Numbered from the stretch's first letter, positions 28,960 through 39,609 are shown. The stretch is 64,000 bases of DNA from an uncultured bacterium (GCA_903851135.1 CAINNK010000014.1:37574-101573); one strand, 5' to 3'. Program-made: numbers and translations. The notes: generated by a model not told the origin, from the sequence alone.

Positions 28960-30179
28960 TCGTGTTCAATATTTATTATCCCTTCAGTGACACCTTCGGA
29001 TGTTACCTTAAATGGAGCCTTGGAATAATACTCTTCATATAAATGATTAAAACTCTCACCGGCTAGCAATATCTTTATTTTATATATTCCATTAATTAAT
29101 GGAATATTTTTAAAAGAAATAGTAAATGACTTTTTAATTAATATGTCCTTAGTATTAATATGATCAAAATTATTATTTAAACCAATAATGTAATTTCTCT
29201 CTCTATCATAAATAGAAACTGAAACATTAAAGGATTTATTATCTTTTAGCAGAATTTCTATTCCCTCTCCTTCTATTTCAACAGTCATAATCATCTCATC
29301 TCCAAAATGAAAACTATTTGTTTTTTCTCCCTTTGAGTTAAACAAAAGTAAATCTTTCACTTTAATTTTGTTCACCTTTTTATTAATGCTAACGCTTTCC
29401 TTCTCTTGAATCTCATTCTTAATAATTTCATTCTCTCCGTCTGACATATTTTGTTTAATATATTCACTTCCAACTTCCTGTGGGTCACCAATCAATTCAA
29501 TCTCCCCATTTCGAAGAAGCATTAAACGATCGCAATATCTTTGGGCTGTTGATAAATCATGAGTGACTAAAATAACTGTCTTACCTATTTCTCGATATCT
29601 AACAAACTCCGAAATACATTTTGCCTGAAAATTTGAGTCTCCCACAGCTAAAACTTCATCCATCAACAAAATTTCGCGATTAGCATGGATGGAAACCGAA
29701 AAAGCCAAGCGCACTTGCATACCGGAAGAATAATTTTTGAGTTTTTGATCGATGAAACGTTCCAGCTCAGAAAATTTCACAATAGAATCAAATTTCTGAT
29801 CAATTTGCTTTTTGGTCATTCCTAGCACTGTAGCATTGAGATAAACATTATCGCGACCAGAAAGTTCTGGATTAAAGCCAATTCCTAATTCCAAAAACGG
29901 TGAAATGCGCCCATCAATTTTAATTTTTCCCTTGTCAGTTTGATAAATCCCAGCCAAAATTTTTAATAATGTGCTTTTACCACTCCCATTCCTGCCGATA
30001 ATCCCAAAAAATTCACCCTTTTTAACCTCAAAAGAAACATCATCAAGCGCCTTAAATTCCTCATAGCCACCTTTCTTGAAAGCATTCACAGCCGCACCGC
30101 GCAAAGAAGACACCTTTTCGTGAGGTATCCTAAAAGTTTTGCTGATATTTTTAACACTAATGGCAATATCTTTTTCCAT
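28947..30179 (-). CDS. wzt: Polysaccharide ABC exporter ATPase with Wzt C-terminal domain
   Basis: GRNGSGKST, YSSGMQVRLAF, DEVLAVGD motifs. Confidence 0.93.
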   Translation of the reverse strand: MEKDIAISVKNISKTFRIPHEKVSSLRGAAVNAFKKGGYEEFKALDDVSFEVKKGEFFGIIGRNGSGKSTLLKILAGIYQTDKGKIKIDGRISPFLELGIGFNPELSGRDNVYLNATVLGMTKKQIDQKFDSIVKFSELERFIDQKLKNYSSGMQVRLAFSVSIHANREILLMDEVLAVGDSNFQAKCISEFVRYREIGKTVILVTHDLSTAQRYCDRLMLLRNGEIELIGDPQEVGSEYIKQNMSDGENEIIKNEIQEKESVSINKKVNKIKVKDLLLFNSKGEKTNSFHFGDEMIMTVEIEGEGIEILLKDNKSFNVSVSIYDRERNYIIGLNNNFDHINTKDILIKKSFTISFKNIPLINGIYKIKILLAGESFNHLYEEYYSKAPFKVTSEGVTEGIINIEHEWKI

Positions 30180-30359
30180 CTGTAATTTTAGATTGAACTA
30201 TTAAAATAAAATCAGTCTCGGTTGAGACTTTCAATTACTTGTTAATTTTATCACCAAAAATGCCCAAGCGCAATGCTTTAAATCCTTTGTTTTGTTTGTT
30301 TTTAAATCAAAAAAATGGTAAGATAATATAGCTAAAGACGCCTTAAAATAAACAAAGCA

Positions 30360-32144
30360 ATGAAAAAAAATATCAAAATTTTACTTCTAGCTCTACTAGT
30401 TTCGATCACAGCATTCGCTGGGAAAAAAACTTTCGCAGCAGGAACCTATTCTGATGAGGGTATCGCCTTCTATGCGCAGGCTTCTTCTTCTGGCTACGCA
30501 AGTGAAGGAATCGCTTTTTATGCCTATGATCCTCAAGTTTCCAAGCCTAGCAGCACGGTTAATGTTTATAGATTCTATAACACCTCAACGGGTGATCACC
30601 TTTATACTGCTTCAGAAGATGAGAAGAACACTATAAATAACAACCCACAATGGGGCTATAATATTGAGGGAATTGCATTTTATGCTTATGATAGCCAGCT
30701 CCCTAAGCCAGATGGAGCAATTAATATCTATAGATTTTATAATTCTTCTACGGGCAATCACTTTTATACTGCTTCAGAAAATGAAAAAATAAGCATCTCA
30801 CAAGTCCCAATTTATCGTTTTTATAATCCCAATAGTGGAGATCACTTTTATACTGCTTCAGAAAATGAGAAGAGCATTTTGGCTAACACTAATAAAAGTG
30901 GATACTTGATCGAGGGTGTTGCTTTTTATGCTTACAATTCACAAATAACCAACACTTTACCAGTTTATCGCTTTTTTAATTCAGCTAATGGGGATCATTT
31001 TTATACAATTTCAGAAGATGAAAAAAAATCTTTAATTGACAATCCACAATGGGGTTATTCATATGAAAATATAGCTTTTTACACTTATAACTCTCAACTC
31101 ATAGGATCTTTACCGATATATAGATTTTACAATTCAACCAATAGTGATCATCTTTACACAATTTCACTTGATGAAAAAAATAGAATTTTGACACCGGCGC
31201 TCGGACCCGAAATCTCAGTCGGGCTTTGGTACTATTCCAAGACCGACCTTCAAAATTCAAATTTTCAAATTGATGCCAACAAACAATATAACATTAGAAA
31301 TTCTAGCGGAAATATCTTAGCCCAAGCAGGAGGAAGCTCCACTACCAATGTTAGCTATAACGACAAACAAAATCAACTTACAGTGACACAAGGGAATTTA
31401 AACCAAGTTCTGGCTGGCACAAATATAACCTTTGATGCTGCTGATGGTGACAATTCAACATTGCGCTTCAACACTCATCGTTCAAATTATGTGCCGAGCG
31501 ATTGGCGCGGCAAAATTAATAATTACCGCGGAAAAATAAAGATCCAATACTATCGCGGCTATGATATTGCCGGTGGAGCCGCTCCAGGTTCGGCTGATGT
31601 AACTCAAATTTGGGTCGACAACATTGTGCCATTAGAACAATATGCTTGGGGGTCAGCCGAGACTTCCGGCACAGGCAACCTCAACCACACCGAGGTGATG
31701 AGCACGATTTTCCGAACCTATGGTTTTTGGTACATCAAATACGCCAACAAATATTCTCCTCTGGGATTTAAAATTCGCAGCGACAGTGGTTCTCAAAATT
31801 ATGGCGGCTATGATTGGGAAACTGCCCATCCAAATGTGAAAATTGCGGCGCAAAATACTCGCGGAGTCATCGCAACTTATGCCAATGATGTTGCAATCAC
31901 ACCCTATTCTTCTTGGAGCGATGGCCGAACGAGAAGTTGGCAAGAAAAATGGGGTGGGAATGATTATCCGTGGTGCCAATCAGTTTCCGATCCATATGGA
32001 AAAAACGTCGCTCAGTCTGGTGGCAGTCATATGGTTGGATTGATTGCCAATGGATCACTTAATCTTGCGACAAATTATGGTTGGGACTGGCAAAGAATTC
32101 TGCATTACTATTACACCAACATTAGCCTGCCGACAAATTATTAA
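30360..32144 (+). CDS. Secreted protein with repeated YRFYN..GDHFYT modules (DUF5648-like) and SpoIID/LytB-like C-terminal domain
   Basis: Signal peptide; five YRF[YF]N...H[LF]YT repeats; YRG, LEQY...E, SQNYGG, HMVGL..NGS, ILHYYY. Confidence 0.85.
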   Translation: MKKNIKILLLALLVSITAFAGKKTFAAGTYSDEGIAFYAQASSSGYASEGIAFYAYDPQVSKPSSTVNVYRFYNTSTGDHLYTASEDEKNTINNNPQWGYNIEGIAFYAYDSQLPKPDGAINIYRFYNSSTGNHFYTASENEKISISQVPIYRFYNPNSGDHFYTASENEKSILANTNKSGYLIEGVAFYAYNSQITNTLPVYRFFNSANGDHFYTISEDEKKSLIDNPQWGYSYENIAFYTYNSQLIGSLPIYRFYNSTNSDHLYTISLDEKNRILTPALGPEISVGLWYYSKTDLQNSNFQIDANKQYNIRNSSGNILAQAGGSSTTNVSYNDKQNQLTVTQGNLNQVLAGTNITFDAADGDNSTLRFNTHRSNYVPSDWRGKINNYRGKIKIQYYRGYDIAGGAAPGSADVTQIWVDNIVPLEQYAWGSAETSGTGNLNHTEVMSTIFRTYGFWYIKYANKYSPLGFKIRSDSGSQNYGGYDWETAHPNVKIAAQNTRGVIATYANDVAITPYSSWSDGRTRSWQEKWGGNDYPWCQSVSDPYGKNVAQSGGSHMVGLIANGSLNLATNYGWDWQRILHYYYTNISLPTNY

Positions 32145-32228
32145 AAATCTTGCAGCATTGTTGAATTTTTGTATCTTGAATCTTGAATTTTGAATTTTCA
32201 CTGCCCAATTTATTAATCTCAAAATAGT

Positions 32229-32855
32229 ATGCTTAAACATCTTTATTCAAAAGTCGCTTTGACCGCATATTTACTCATCGCCATCAGCCTAGGCATTTGG
32301 GGCTATACCATTTTCAAACAACGAAGTGGAAAAATTCCGGCCGCGAGCAATCAACAAAACAAGGCTGACAAGAATTCAAACGCTGAAACCACACTACCCA
32401 CTGCCCCACCTGCCGATAAAGGCAGCAATACTGAAACCAGCAACAATGCAACAAGTCAGACTAACAGTGAAAACACCCCGGCTACCACAGACAACAGTGC
32501 AAATGATAATACGACTCCATCATCAACAACTAGCAACAAAACAGCGCCAGTAAGCACTGAAACAGATGTCACAGGTTCCGTAGCGGCTCACATCACTTCG
32601 CAACATTGCAATTCAAATTGCCAAGCCTTTGCCAATGATTTGTCTTTGCTGGAATATTGCCAAGAAGTTTGCGGCATCTCGCCAGTCAAAAATGTGACTA
32701 TTTGCGACAGCAAAAAAGGCCTGCAAAAAGATTATTGCAACAAAGATCTTGCCATCAACAAAAAAGATGCCTCGCTGTGTGACAAAATCCAAGACGCCAA
32801 TCTCAAGCAAGCTTGCAAAAACCGAATTTCCCAAGATATTATTGAAAGTTTATAG
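32229..32855 (+). CDS. Membrane-anchored protein with low-complexity stalk and Cys-rich C-terminus
   Basis: N-terminal TM, S/T/N-rich linker, eight Cys including CDKIQD...C. Confidence 0.8.
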   Translation: MLKHLYSKVALTAYLLIAISLGIWGYTIFKQRSGKIPAASNQQNKADKNSNAETTLPTAPPADKGSNTETSNNATSQTNSENTPATTDNSANDNTTPSSTTSNKTAPVSTETDVTGSVAAHITSQHCNSNCQAFANDLSLLEYCQEVCGISPVKNVTICDSKKGLQKDYCNKDLAINKKDASLCDKIQDANLKQACKNRISQDIIESL

Positions 32856-32927
32856 CCAATAATTGACACCTGAAGAACTCGGAGATATAATCCAAGCATA
32901 GAAATTTGTAAATTTAGAATAAAGAGT

Positions 32928-33221
32928 ATGAAAAACAAAAAAGAAATAACGCTTGAAGATTTAGCAGCAATAGTTCAAAATAGTTTTATTGACCTTAAAG
33001 CTGAACTAAAAACCGATATTAAAGAACTTCGGACCGACTTTGCTGAGTTGAAAACTGATGTGGCCGAACTTAAAGTTGATGTAGCTGAGCTTAAAACTGA
33101 TGTGTCCGAACTTAAAGTAACTGTTGATAATATTGAGGCTAATCTCAACAAAAAAGTAGACAAGATTGAGTACAACACACTTGAACATCGAGTTGAGAAA
33201 CTAGAAGAAAAATTCGCCTGA
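32928..33221 (+). CDS. Small coiled-coil protein with six heptad (21-nt) repeats
   Basis: ELKTDIK-ELRTDFA-ELKTDVA-ELKVDVA-ELKTDVS-ELKVTVD. Confidence 0.8.
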   Translation: MKNKKEITLEDLAAIVQNSFIDLKAELKTDIKELRTDFAELKTDVAELKVDVAELKTDVSELKVTVDNIEANLNKKVDKIEYNTLEHRVEKLEEKFA

Positions 33222-33317
33222 CAAAAAATCAAAACAGAACTTGCCTCTGTTTTTTTAATAGCTCAAGAAAAAAGGCCGCTTTGTTTAGCGGCCAATGTTT
33301 TTTGTTTCAAAAAAATT

Positions 33318-33707
33318 CTACTTTTTTCGCAACCATTCATCGGTTCCTTTTGGTGCAGATTTAACTTGAACCTCAAGCTCTTCTAGTGTATCACGATACC
33401 AGATAATAGCATCCCTGACTTCAGCTTTTTCACTAAAAGTGAGACTTTCCTGATTAAGCAGGGTTTTCCTAAAGGTTGGAATTTCAAGTGGCATTTTTGC
33501 ACACTTTTCTTCAAGTTCGTCCTTTTTAACATTTAATTGTGGGCTGATTGAAAAATAGAACCATTTCTCAAGATCTTTACCATTTCGCTGTGCAATGTTA
33601 AGATCTTTTTTTGCGTTATTGAGAAAATTTTTATAAACATTAAAGTCACTTATTAAAGCTGCCAGATAATTCAATACTCTGACTTGAAACTTTTTGTCGT
33701 AAGCCAT
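33318..33707 (-). CDS. Hypothetical protein
   Basis: AAGGAG upstream; terminator ggccgct...agcggcctttttt at about 33268-33294. Confidence 0.65.
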   Translation of the reverse strand: MAYDKKFQVRVLNYLAALISDFNVYKNFLNNAKKDLNIAQRNGKDLEKWFYFSISPQLNVKKDELEEKCAKMPLEIPTFRKTLLNQESLTFSEKAEVRDAIIWYRDTLEELEVQVKSAPKGTDEWLRKK

Positions 33708-33817
33708 GTTACCGCTCCTTTATGATTTGCAAAGTTTTTCTATTAAGATAAAAATAACTAAAAAAGACTAGCAAAACCATAACATGCTAGCTACTTTTTG
33801 TAAAGATTTTCCAGGTT

Positions 33818-34594
33818 TTAAATCTCTTCGGCGATGCGTGGCGCAAGTTTGTTGTAGGAAAAAGCGCCAAGGGCAAAGAAGGCTAAGATGGTAATGATGA
33901 AAACAAAAGTTTTCCAGGGATCGGCAAAGTGATTGTTGATGAGTCCTTCTTTGGAAAAATGAATGATGAAAGCCATTGGATTGAGCAGCATTATTTTCTG
34001 AATTTTCTCCGGCATCATTTGCAGAGAATAAACAATCGGACTGGCGTAAAACAGAATTGAGAGCAAAACTTCCCAAATCATCGAAAGATCTCGGAACTTC
34101 ACATATAGCGGGGCGGTCAGCAAGGAAAATCCCACAATAATGACATAGGTGAAAAGCAGAAACATCACGAAAAGCGCCATCGCCTGCAAGCTTGGCAGAA
34201 ACCTGTAGAGCGCAAAAAAGAAAATGATAACCAAAATGTTCATCAAGAAAACCAAGGCGGAATTGATGGTTGAAGCGATGATGATTGTCCAGCGCGGGAC
34301 ATAAATCTTGGTGACCAATTGCGATTTCGAAAGCAAAGAACTCATGCCGGCCATGGTGCCTTCTGAAAAAAAGTTAAACAAAATAATGCCGACCAGCAAT
34401 TGCAAAGAATAGTATGGGATGCCGTTTCCGCGAGAATTGAACAAAGAGGAAAAAACAAAATTCAAAATTGAAAACATTAGCAATGGCTTGAGAATCGCCC
34501 ACAGATAACCCAGCACCGATCCATGGTACCGAAGTTTAAAATCAGTTTTGGCCAGAGCCCAAATCAATTCGCGATAATTTTCGTGTTGTTTCAT
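33818..34594 (-). CDS. wzm: Polysaccharide ABC exporter permease
   Basis: DFKLRYHGSVLGYLWAILKPL, FRDL, FYASPIVY, LNPM motifs. Confidence 0.93.
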   Translation of the reverse strand: MKQHENYRELIWALAKTDFKLRYHGSVLGYLWAILKPLLMFSILNFVFSSLFNSRGNGIPYYSLQLLVGIILFNFFSEGTMAGMSSLLSKSQLVTKIYVPRWTIIIASTINSALVFLMNILVIIFFFALYRFLPSLQAMALFVMFLLFTYVIIVGFSLLTAPLYVKFRDLSMIWEVLLSILFYASPIVYSLQMMPEKIQKIMLLNPMAFIIHFSKEGLINNHFADPWKTFVFIITILAFFALGAFSYNKLAPRIAEEI

Positions 34595-34604
34595 ACTTTA
34601 TATA

Positions 34605-35678
34605 TTATACATTTTCTAATTTCTTATACCAATCAGGCATCAGCTCAAAAATCTCCACTTGCCTCTTGACTCCCTCCTCATATTTCATGAGCGGCTCATA
34701 ACCCAACATAGTCTTTGCTTTTGTAATATCCGAGCTAGTTGCAATATCGCCTGGATCAGCCTCAACAATTTCATATTTGACCTCTTTCCCCATGGCCTTC
34801 CCAACAGCATTAAACCAATTTTTCATCGCAATCGCATCGGAGGTTCCTATGTTATAAGCGTTATAACCAAGATTTTTGTCCAAACAAAGCAGCAGCCCAT
34901 TTACTTCATCATCAATATAGGTAAAATCCTTAGCCGTTTCCAAGCCCTTAATGCCATAAACTGTGACAATTTTTTCATTATGAACATAGTTAATTACTCG
35001 CTGGATTAACATCCCATAAGGTCTTTGAAGTGGACCATAAATAGGTCCAAAAATTCTAGCAATTGCCACATTAAAACCAAACAGTTTATAAAAAGCGTGA
35101 CTTATCGCCTCGACTGCTGATTTTGTAGCGCCATAAATAGACCAAGGATAAGAAACTCCTTCTTCCTCTTTCACCTTGTGATCTTTTTGTCCATAAGCTG
35201 AAGCAGTAGATGCAAAAACAAATTGTTTGACACCAAAATCCTTGGACAATTCCAACAAATTGACTGAACCATCAACATTCACACTAGTATAAAGTCTTGG
35301 TTTTTTGGCTGACAGTGGCACGCCAGCCATAGCTGCCAGATGAATGATTGCATCAGGTCTATGTTTCTCAAATATTTTTTTCAATCCTTCAAAATCAAGG
35401 ATATCAATTTCCTCAAATTCAAATTTGCCTAATTCTGCTTTATCTGAGGGATAATAAGTGCAGAGTTTTTCATACACAGGCGCCAATTCTTCTTTTTCGG
35501 CAAATTGGATAGGCTGCTTTGCACTAAGATTGACCAAGTCCAAATTAAATTCTTTGCAAACTCGAGGATAGTAATCATCGAAATTATCAATCGCAATGAC
35601 ATCGTCACCTCTGCGAACAAGCGCTCTTGAAACAAAACTTCCAATAAAACCAGCGCCACCAGTAACTAAAATTTTCAT
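34605..35678 (-). CDS. NAD-dependent epimerase (UDP-glucuronate 4-epimerase-like)
   Basis: TGGAGFIG, HLAAMAGV, YGATK motifs. Confidence 0.9.
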   Translation of the reverse strand: MKILVTGGAGFIGSFVSRALVRRGDDVIAIDNFDDYYPRVCKEFNLDLVNLSAKQPIQFAEKEELAPVYEKLCTYYPSDKAELGKFEFEEIDILDFEGLKKIFEKHRPDAIIHLAAMAGVPLSAKKPRLYTSVNVDGSVNLLELSKDFGVKQFVFASTASAYGQKDHKVKEEEGVSYPWSIYGATKSAVEAISHAFYKLFGFNVAIARIFGPIYGPLQRPYGMLIQRVINYVHNEKIVTVYGIKGLETAKDFTYIDDEVNGLLLCLDKNLGYNAYNIGTSDAIAMKNWFNAVGKAMGKEVKYEIVEADPGDIATSSDITKAKTMLGYEPLMKYEEGVKRQVEIFELMPDWYKKLENV

Positions 35679-35731
35679 TGTATTTTAAATACGTTCTATA
35701 AGACATACGGGTCAGATAGGACATATGATAC

Positions 35732-36922
35732 TTATTTTTTTAACTTAGTTCTTAAATAGTCATAATACTCCTGGGTGTGACTATGCTTGGTCGTGTAGTC
35801 CCGCAACGTTTTTTGATTGGCTTTTTCTCCCATGCTTTTTCTGAGTTCACAATTTTCAATCAAATTGGAAATTTTTTCAACCCATTCATCTTCACTTTCA
35901 GCTAAATATCCGTTTTCGCCATCAATAATAACTTTCGCATAGGTGCTGTTTCGCACTGCCACAATCGGCACTTTTAGCAAGCCTGCCTCGGAAAATTTCA
36001 ATTCAGATTTGCCTTCACTGAAAACATCTCTCTCCAGCGGTGCTAGAATAATATCGCAAGCAAAGATATTTTCAAAATGTTTTTTTCTTGGAGCATATAT
36101 CGAACGCACAATTCTTTCGGAAAATTCAGCCATTTTCTTTTCCAGCTCCAAGGGCCCTGCCAAAAAAATTTCCACTTGAGGATATTTTTTCAGAACCTTA
36201 ATAAGAGCATCAGAGATTGTGGCAAAATCCTTGTTGTGTCCAATGGTTCCACTGAAATATCCGATGCGAATTTTTTCGTGACCTTCTTTTTGTTTAGGCG
36301 GAATCTTCAAAAGCTTTTCAGTTATCTCAACCCATTGATTGGAAAGTTTATTAGTGATAACAAAAACTTGCTTACCATATTTTTGCAAAATTGCTGCGAT
36401 AAATTCAGTGCTAGTTGTGCAAACTTTCACATACGGATCCTTAAGAATTTCCTCTCCAATGCCTTTTTCATATTGTTTTTTTTCAAAATGTGACATCCGA
36501 GCATAATGGTCTGTTTGCTGAATGTATTTCACATCAAAAACCAAATCATCTGTGTCAAAAATAATTTCGCCGTTTTGCTTTTTAATAGCTGCTCTGAATT
36601 TGTCAGTCTTGGCTGTTTGCAAGGTCCGGTTGAAAACAAAGATTTTGAATTTTTTCGATAAACTCAGCAGAAAAGGATTATCTTGCATGGTAACAGAAAC
36701 CCTAAAACCATGCGTGCGAAGTTCCTCAGCTTGATTATGCGCCCGATACAGCGCACTATCGCCAACTCCGGCAGTTATAAAAAGAATATCGCCAGCCTTA
36801 ACGCTGACAATACTTTTAAAATAATCGGCCACGAAAAGAAGGACCCTTGTTCCGCCCTTAATCAGTCCGTCTCGTTGAATTGTTTTATAACTTTTTCCGA
36901 CTTTAATAAAGAATAGTTTCAT
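35732..36922 (-). CDS. Glycosyltransferase family 4-like
   Basis: DTDDL, IGYFSGT..HNKD, APLE...KSELKFSEAG motifs. Confidence 0.85.
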   Translation of the reverse strand: MKLFFIKVGKSYKTIQRDGLIKGGTRVLLFVADYFKSIVSVKAGDILFITAGVGDSALYRAHNQAEELRTHGFRVSVTMQDNPFLLSLSKKFKIFVFNRTLQTAKTDKFRAAIKKQNGEIIFDTDDLVFDVKYIQQTDHYARMSHFEKKQYEKGIGEEILKDPYVKVCTTSTEFIAAILQKYGKQVFVITNKLSNQWVEITEKLLKIPPKQKEGHEKIRIGYFSGTIGHNKDFATISDALIKVLKKYPQVEIFLAGPLELEKKMAEFSERIVRSIYAPRKKHFENIFACDIILAPLERDVFSEGKSELKFSEAGLLKVPIVAVRNSTYAKVIIDGENGYLAESEDEWVEKISNLIENCELRKSMGEKANQKTLRDYTTKHSHTQEYYDYLRTKLKK

Positions 36923-36998
36923 AAGTTATGTCATTTAAACATTGAAACATGCAAACATTGATATCAAATTTTATTGAATATTGTTTCTTGTTTTTTGA

Positions 36999-38423
36999 TT
37001 AATTCTTGTATTGCAAATTCAAATCATTAAGCAGGGTTTGCTGCTGCGTATATTCTTTACCATCTTTCATTTTGATATGCACATTTACTGGCACATTACC
37101 CGCGCCTGATTGTTTTTGAATCAATAATTTATAATTATCCGAAGTGATTGAATCTGGCAAAGTATAAACAATCTGACCATCAACCTGCGTGCCCATCACC
37201 ACATCAACTTTGAAACCAAAATAGGTTTTGCCGAATTCATTTGCAGTATTGAGATGACTTACCATGTGGCTGGAAACAAAAGTTGAGCCTTGCGGAACAT
37301 AAGTGCGCAAATAAGCGTGATAGTCGCTGGTTCGCCAGTCTCCACCAGGCGCCGTGTTTTTGTATTTGATATTCAAGGTCACTGTTGGTTTTTCCTGAGT
37401 AAAATCAATGTCGTAGTTCATTTCGCGGCGCATATAGAAATCTGTTTTGAGCGCGCCCATGTTGGCATCAACCGCCATGAGATAGTCATTTGTCCAATCT
37501 TTTGGAATCGTGCCGTCCCAATGCACACTGGCTGCCGCTTGTTGAAGATTTTGGTCATTGAAATTAAGCATCACGTTTCTGTTTTTCATTTCATTGTGAA
37601 ACAAGTCCGCAATTTTGGTGACATTGCCCAAGGTGAGCAATTTTTGCATAATCATTGGAGCCATGGTTTTCAAAATTGCTTTGCGATTTTGCGTGTCCAA
37701 TTCCGGATTCATGATATAAGCTTTTTCCACAATTTCTTCCAGTTTTCTAGAGGCGTTTTGACTGTTAAACTCTCCACTATAGCCTGGCACCGTGATCGGA
37801 CCAGTCAAATTGAAAAGATCATCGAAAACTTGCGAATTAACTGCCACTACCCCATCAAATTGCTGACTGTTGCCACCAGCCAAGCGAAAAAAATATTTGG
37901 CTTTGTCCACGTTGGTTGGAAAATCCGGAGAAAAATTTGAATCGCGAAATTTCCAATTTCGCAGTTGCATCATTCTTTCAAAAGGAAATGGGGTCAAAAC
38001 TTTGGCGGTGATGCGTTGATCAAGCAAATTGGCATCTTCAACTTTTGTGGAAACAACATCACCATTCTTGATTGTCACGACAGCATATTGTCCCAAAAAT
38101 CCGCCACCCGGACGAAGCTCGGCGTTGTTTTGCAGCAAAATCAAAAAAGTTTTTTCTTTATTATCGTTGGCAGTGAAAGTTGAAACAATAGAGTTAAGCA
38201 CTTCGATTTCTTTTTTCTCATCAGCTGGAATTGGCAAAAATTTTGACACACTCCCGATTGCAGAAAGCGAGGTCTTGAGCACAAACTGCTTGTTTGTCAT
38301 CAAATACTTGAAAGCCAAATAGCCACCGACCAGAATTACAATGATTATCAACGAAATTTTAACTTTTTTGTTGGCCAAAAAAGTCTTCAATTTCTTTTTG
38401 CTTTCTCCATTATTTTTTTCCAT
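36999..38423 (-). CDS. DUF4012-like membrane-anchored protein
   Basis: LLQNNAELRPGGGFLG and RDSNFSPDFP motifs. Confidence 0.82.
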   Translation of the reverse strand: MEKNNGESKKKLKTFLANKKVKISLIIIVILVGGYLAFKYLMTNKQFVLKTSLSAIGSVSKFLPIPADEKKEIEVLNSIVSTFTANDNKEKTFLILLQNNAELRPGGGFLGQYAVVTIKNGDVVSTKVEDANLLDQRITAKVLTPFPFERMMQLRNWKFRDSNFSPDFPTNVDKAKYFFRLAGGNSQQFDGVVAVNSQVFDDLFNLTGPITVPGYSGEFNSQNASRKLEEIVEKAYIMNPELDTQNRKAILKTMAPMIMQKLLTLGNVTKIADLFHNEMKNRNVMLNFNDQNLQQAAASVHWDGTIPKDWTNDYLMAVDANMGALKTDFYMRREMNYDIDFTQEKPTVTLNIKYKNTAPGGDWRTSDYHAYLRTYVPQGSTFVSSHMVSHLNTANEFGKTYFGFKVDVVMGTQVDGQIVYTLPDSITSDNYKLLIQKQSGAGNVPVNVHIKMKDGKEYTQQQTLLNDLNLQYKN

Positions 38424-38430
38424 TTTTATG

Positions 38431-39609
38431 TTAAATTATTGAATTATAAATTTGCTCAATTTTTTTGGCCGAAATTTCCCAACTGAAATTCTTGACTCGA
38501 ATTCTGTTAAACTCGCCTTTCTTTCTCATTTGCTCTGAATTGTCAGCCAAAGCAAGAATTTCGCCAGCCAACCCTTGGGCAGAAATTTCGTGCGCAAATT
38601 GACCACCCTGATCCAAATAAGTCCGGTTGTTTTGGCGATCAAAACAAACCACCGGCAAGCTCGCTGCCATATATTGCAAAATCTTCCCGCTGGCTTGACG
38701 GACCGATGAATCCTTGGGATCCACCCCAATGTCGCTGGCTGCCAGAATTGCTGGCAATTTGAAATAACTCAAAGGACTAATAACTCTCACACTTGTTTCA
38801 AGTTTATTTTGCGCCACAAATTCACTCATATCCTCAGCCGGAAATCCAGCTATAACAAAGAAAATATTTGGATTTTTTTGCAAAACAGCCAAGATCGCTT
38901 CTTTCAAATATTGCACCCCTTTGTTCGGCACCAGCGCTCCAGTGTAGGTCACAATCACTTTGTCAGCCGGCAATTCAAATTCGATTTTCAAAGCACTTTT
39001 TGAAGGAAGTTTTTCGAAATAGAAAAGATTTGCGCCATCAAGAACCGTTTGGACTTTGTGATCTTTGCGAATATGTTCAATTTCCTGGGTGTTTTCCGCA
39101 GAACTTGTCAGTGCGGCATCACCCATGTTGTTGATCCATTTTTCTGCCCAGGAGAAAAGGCCTTTCAAGAATCCGCCGTTCAAATAACTATGCGAAACCA
39201 TTTCCTTAGTCAAACTTCCGTGAAAATCGGCTACTAATTTTATTTTTCGCCAAAAAAGACATTTTTGCACAATCCAACCCAATGCCACACCTTCGTGAAT
39301 ATGCGCATGAATAATATCTGGCCTCTGAACATAAGCCAGATAAAGAGCTTTTCTAATCAAAAGCAAATCAAGCAAGATTTTTTGCCAATCCGGGCCAGCT
39401 TCTAATTTGGTGTACCAAAAAAGCCACCGCCTGATTCGACGGATGTCAATGTTTGTTTCAACCTCACTTTGGATGTCCTTTCCGATATGATAAGTCACAA
39501 TTGTAATTTCGTGACCAAGTTTCTCCAAAGCAAGCGATTCTTCCAAAATTCTAATATGAGTTCCCCGGTCTGCAAAAAATGGAGTTGGGGCAATGACTAG
39601 TATTTTCAT
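38431..39609 (-). CDS. Glycosyltransferase family 4
   Basis: APTPFFADRG, HAH, KGV, KILQYMA..LPVV, FSW. Confidence 0.9.
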   Translation of the reverse strand: MKILVIAPTPFFADRGTHIRILEESLALEKLGHEITIVTYHIGKDIQSEVETNIDIRRIRRWLFWYTKLEAGPDWQKILLDLLLIRKALYLAYVQRPDIIHAHIHEGVALGWIVQKCLFWRKIKLVADFHGSLTKEMVSHSYLNGGFLKGLFSWAEKWINNMGDAALTSSAENTQEIEHIRKDHKVQTVLDGANLFYFEKLPSKSALKIEFELPADKVIVTYTGALVPNKGVQYLKEAILAVLQKNPNIFFVIAGFPAEDMSEFVAQNKLETSVRVISPLSYFKLPAILAASDIGVDPKDSSVRQASGKILQYMAASLPVVCFDRQNNRTYLDQGGQFAHEISAQGLAGEILALADNSEQMRKKGEFNRIRVKNFSWEISAKKIEQIYNSII

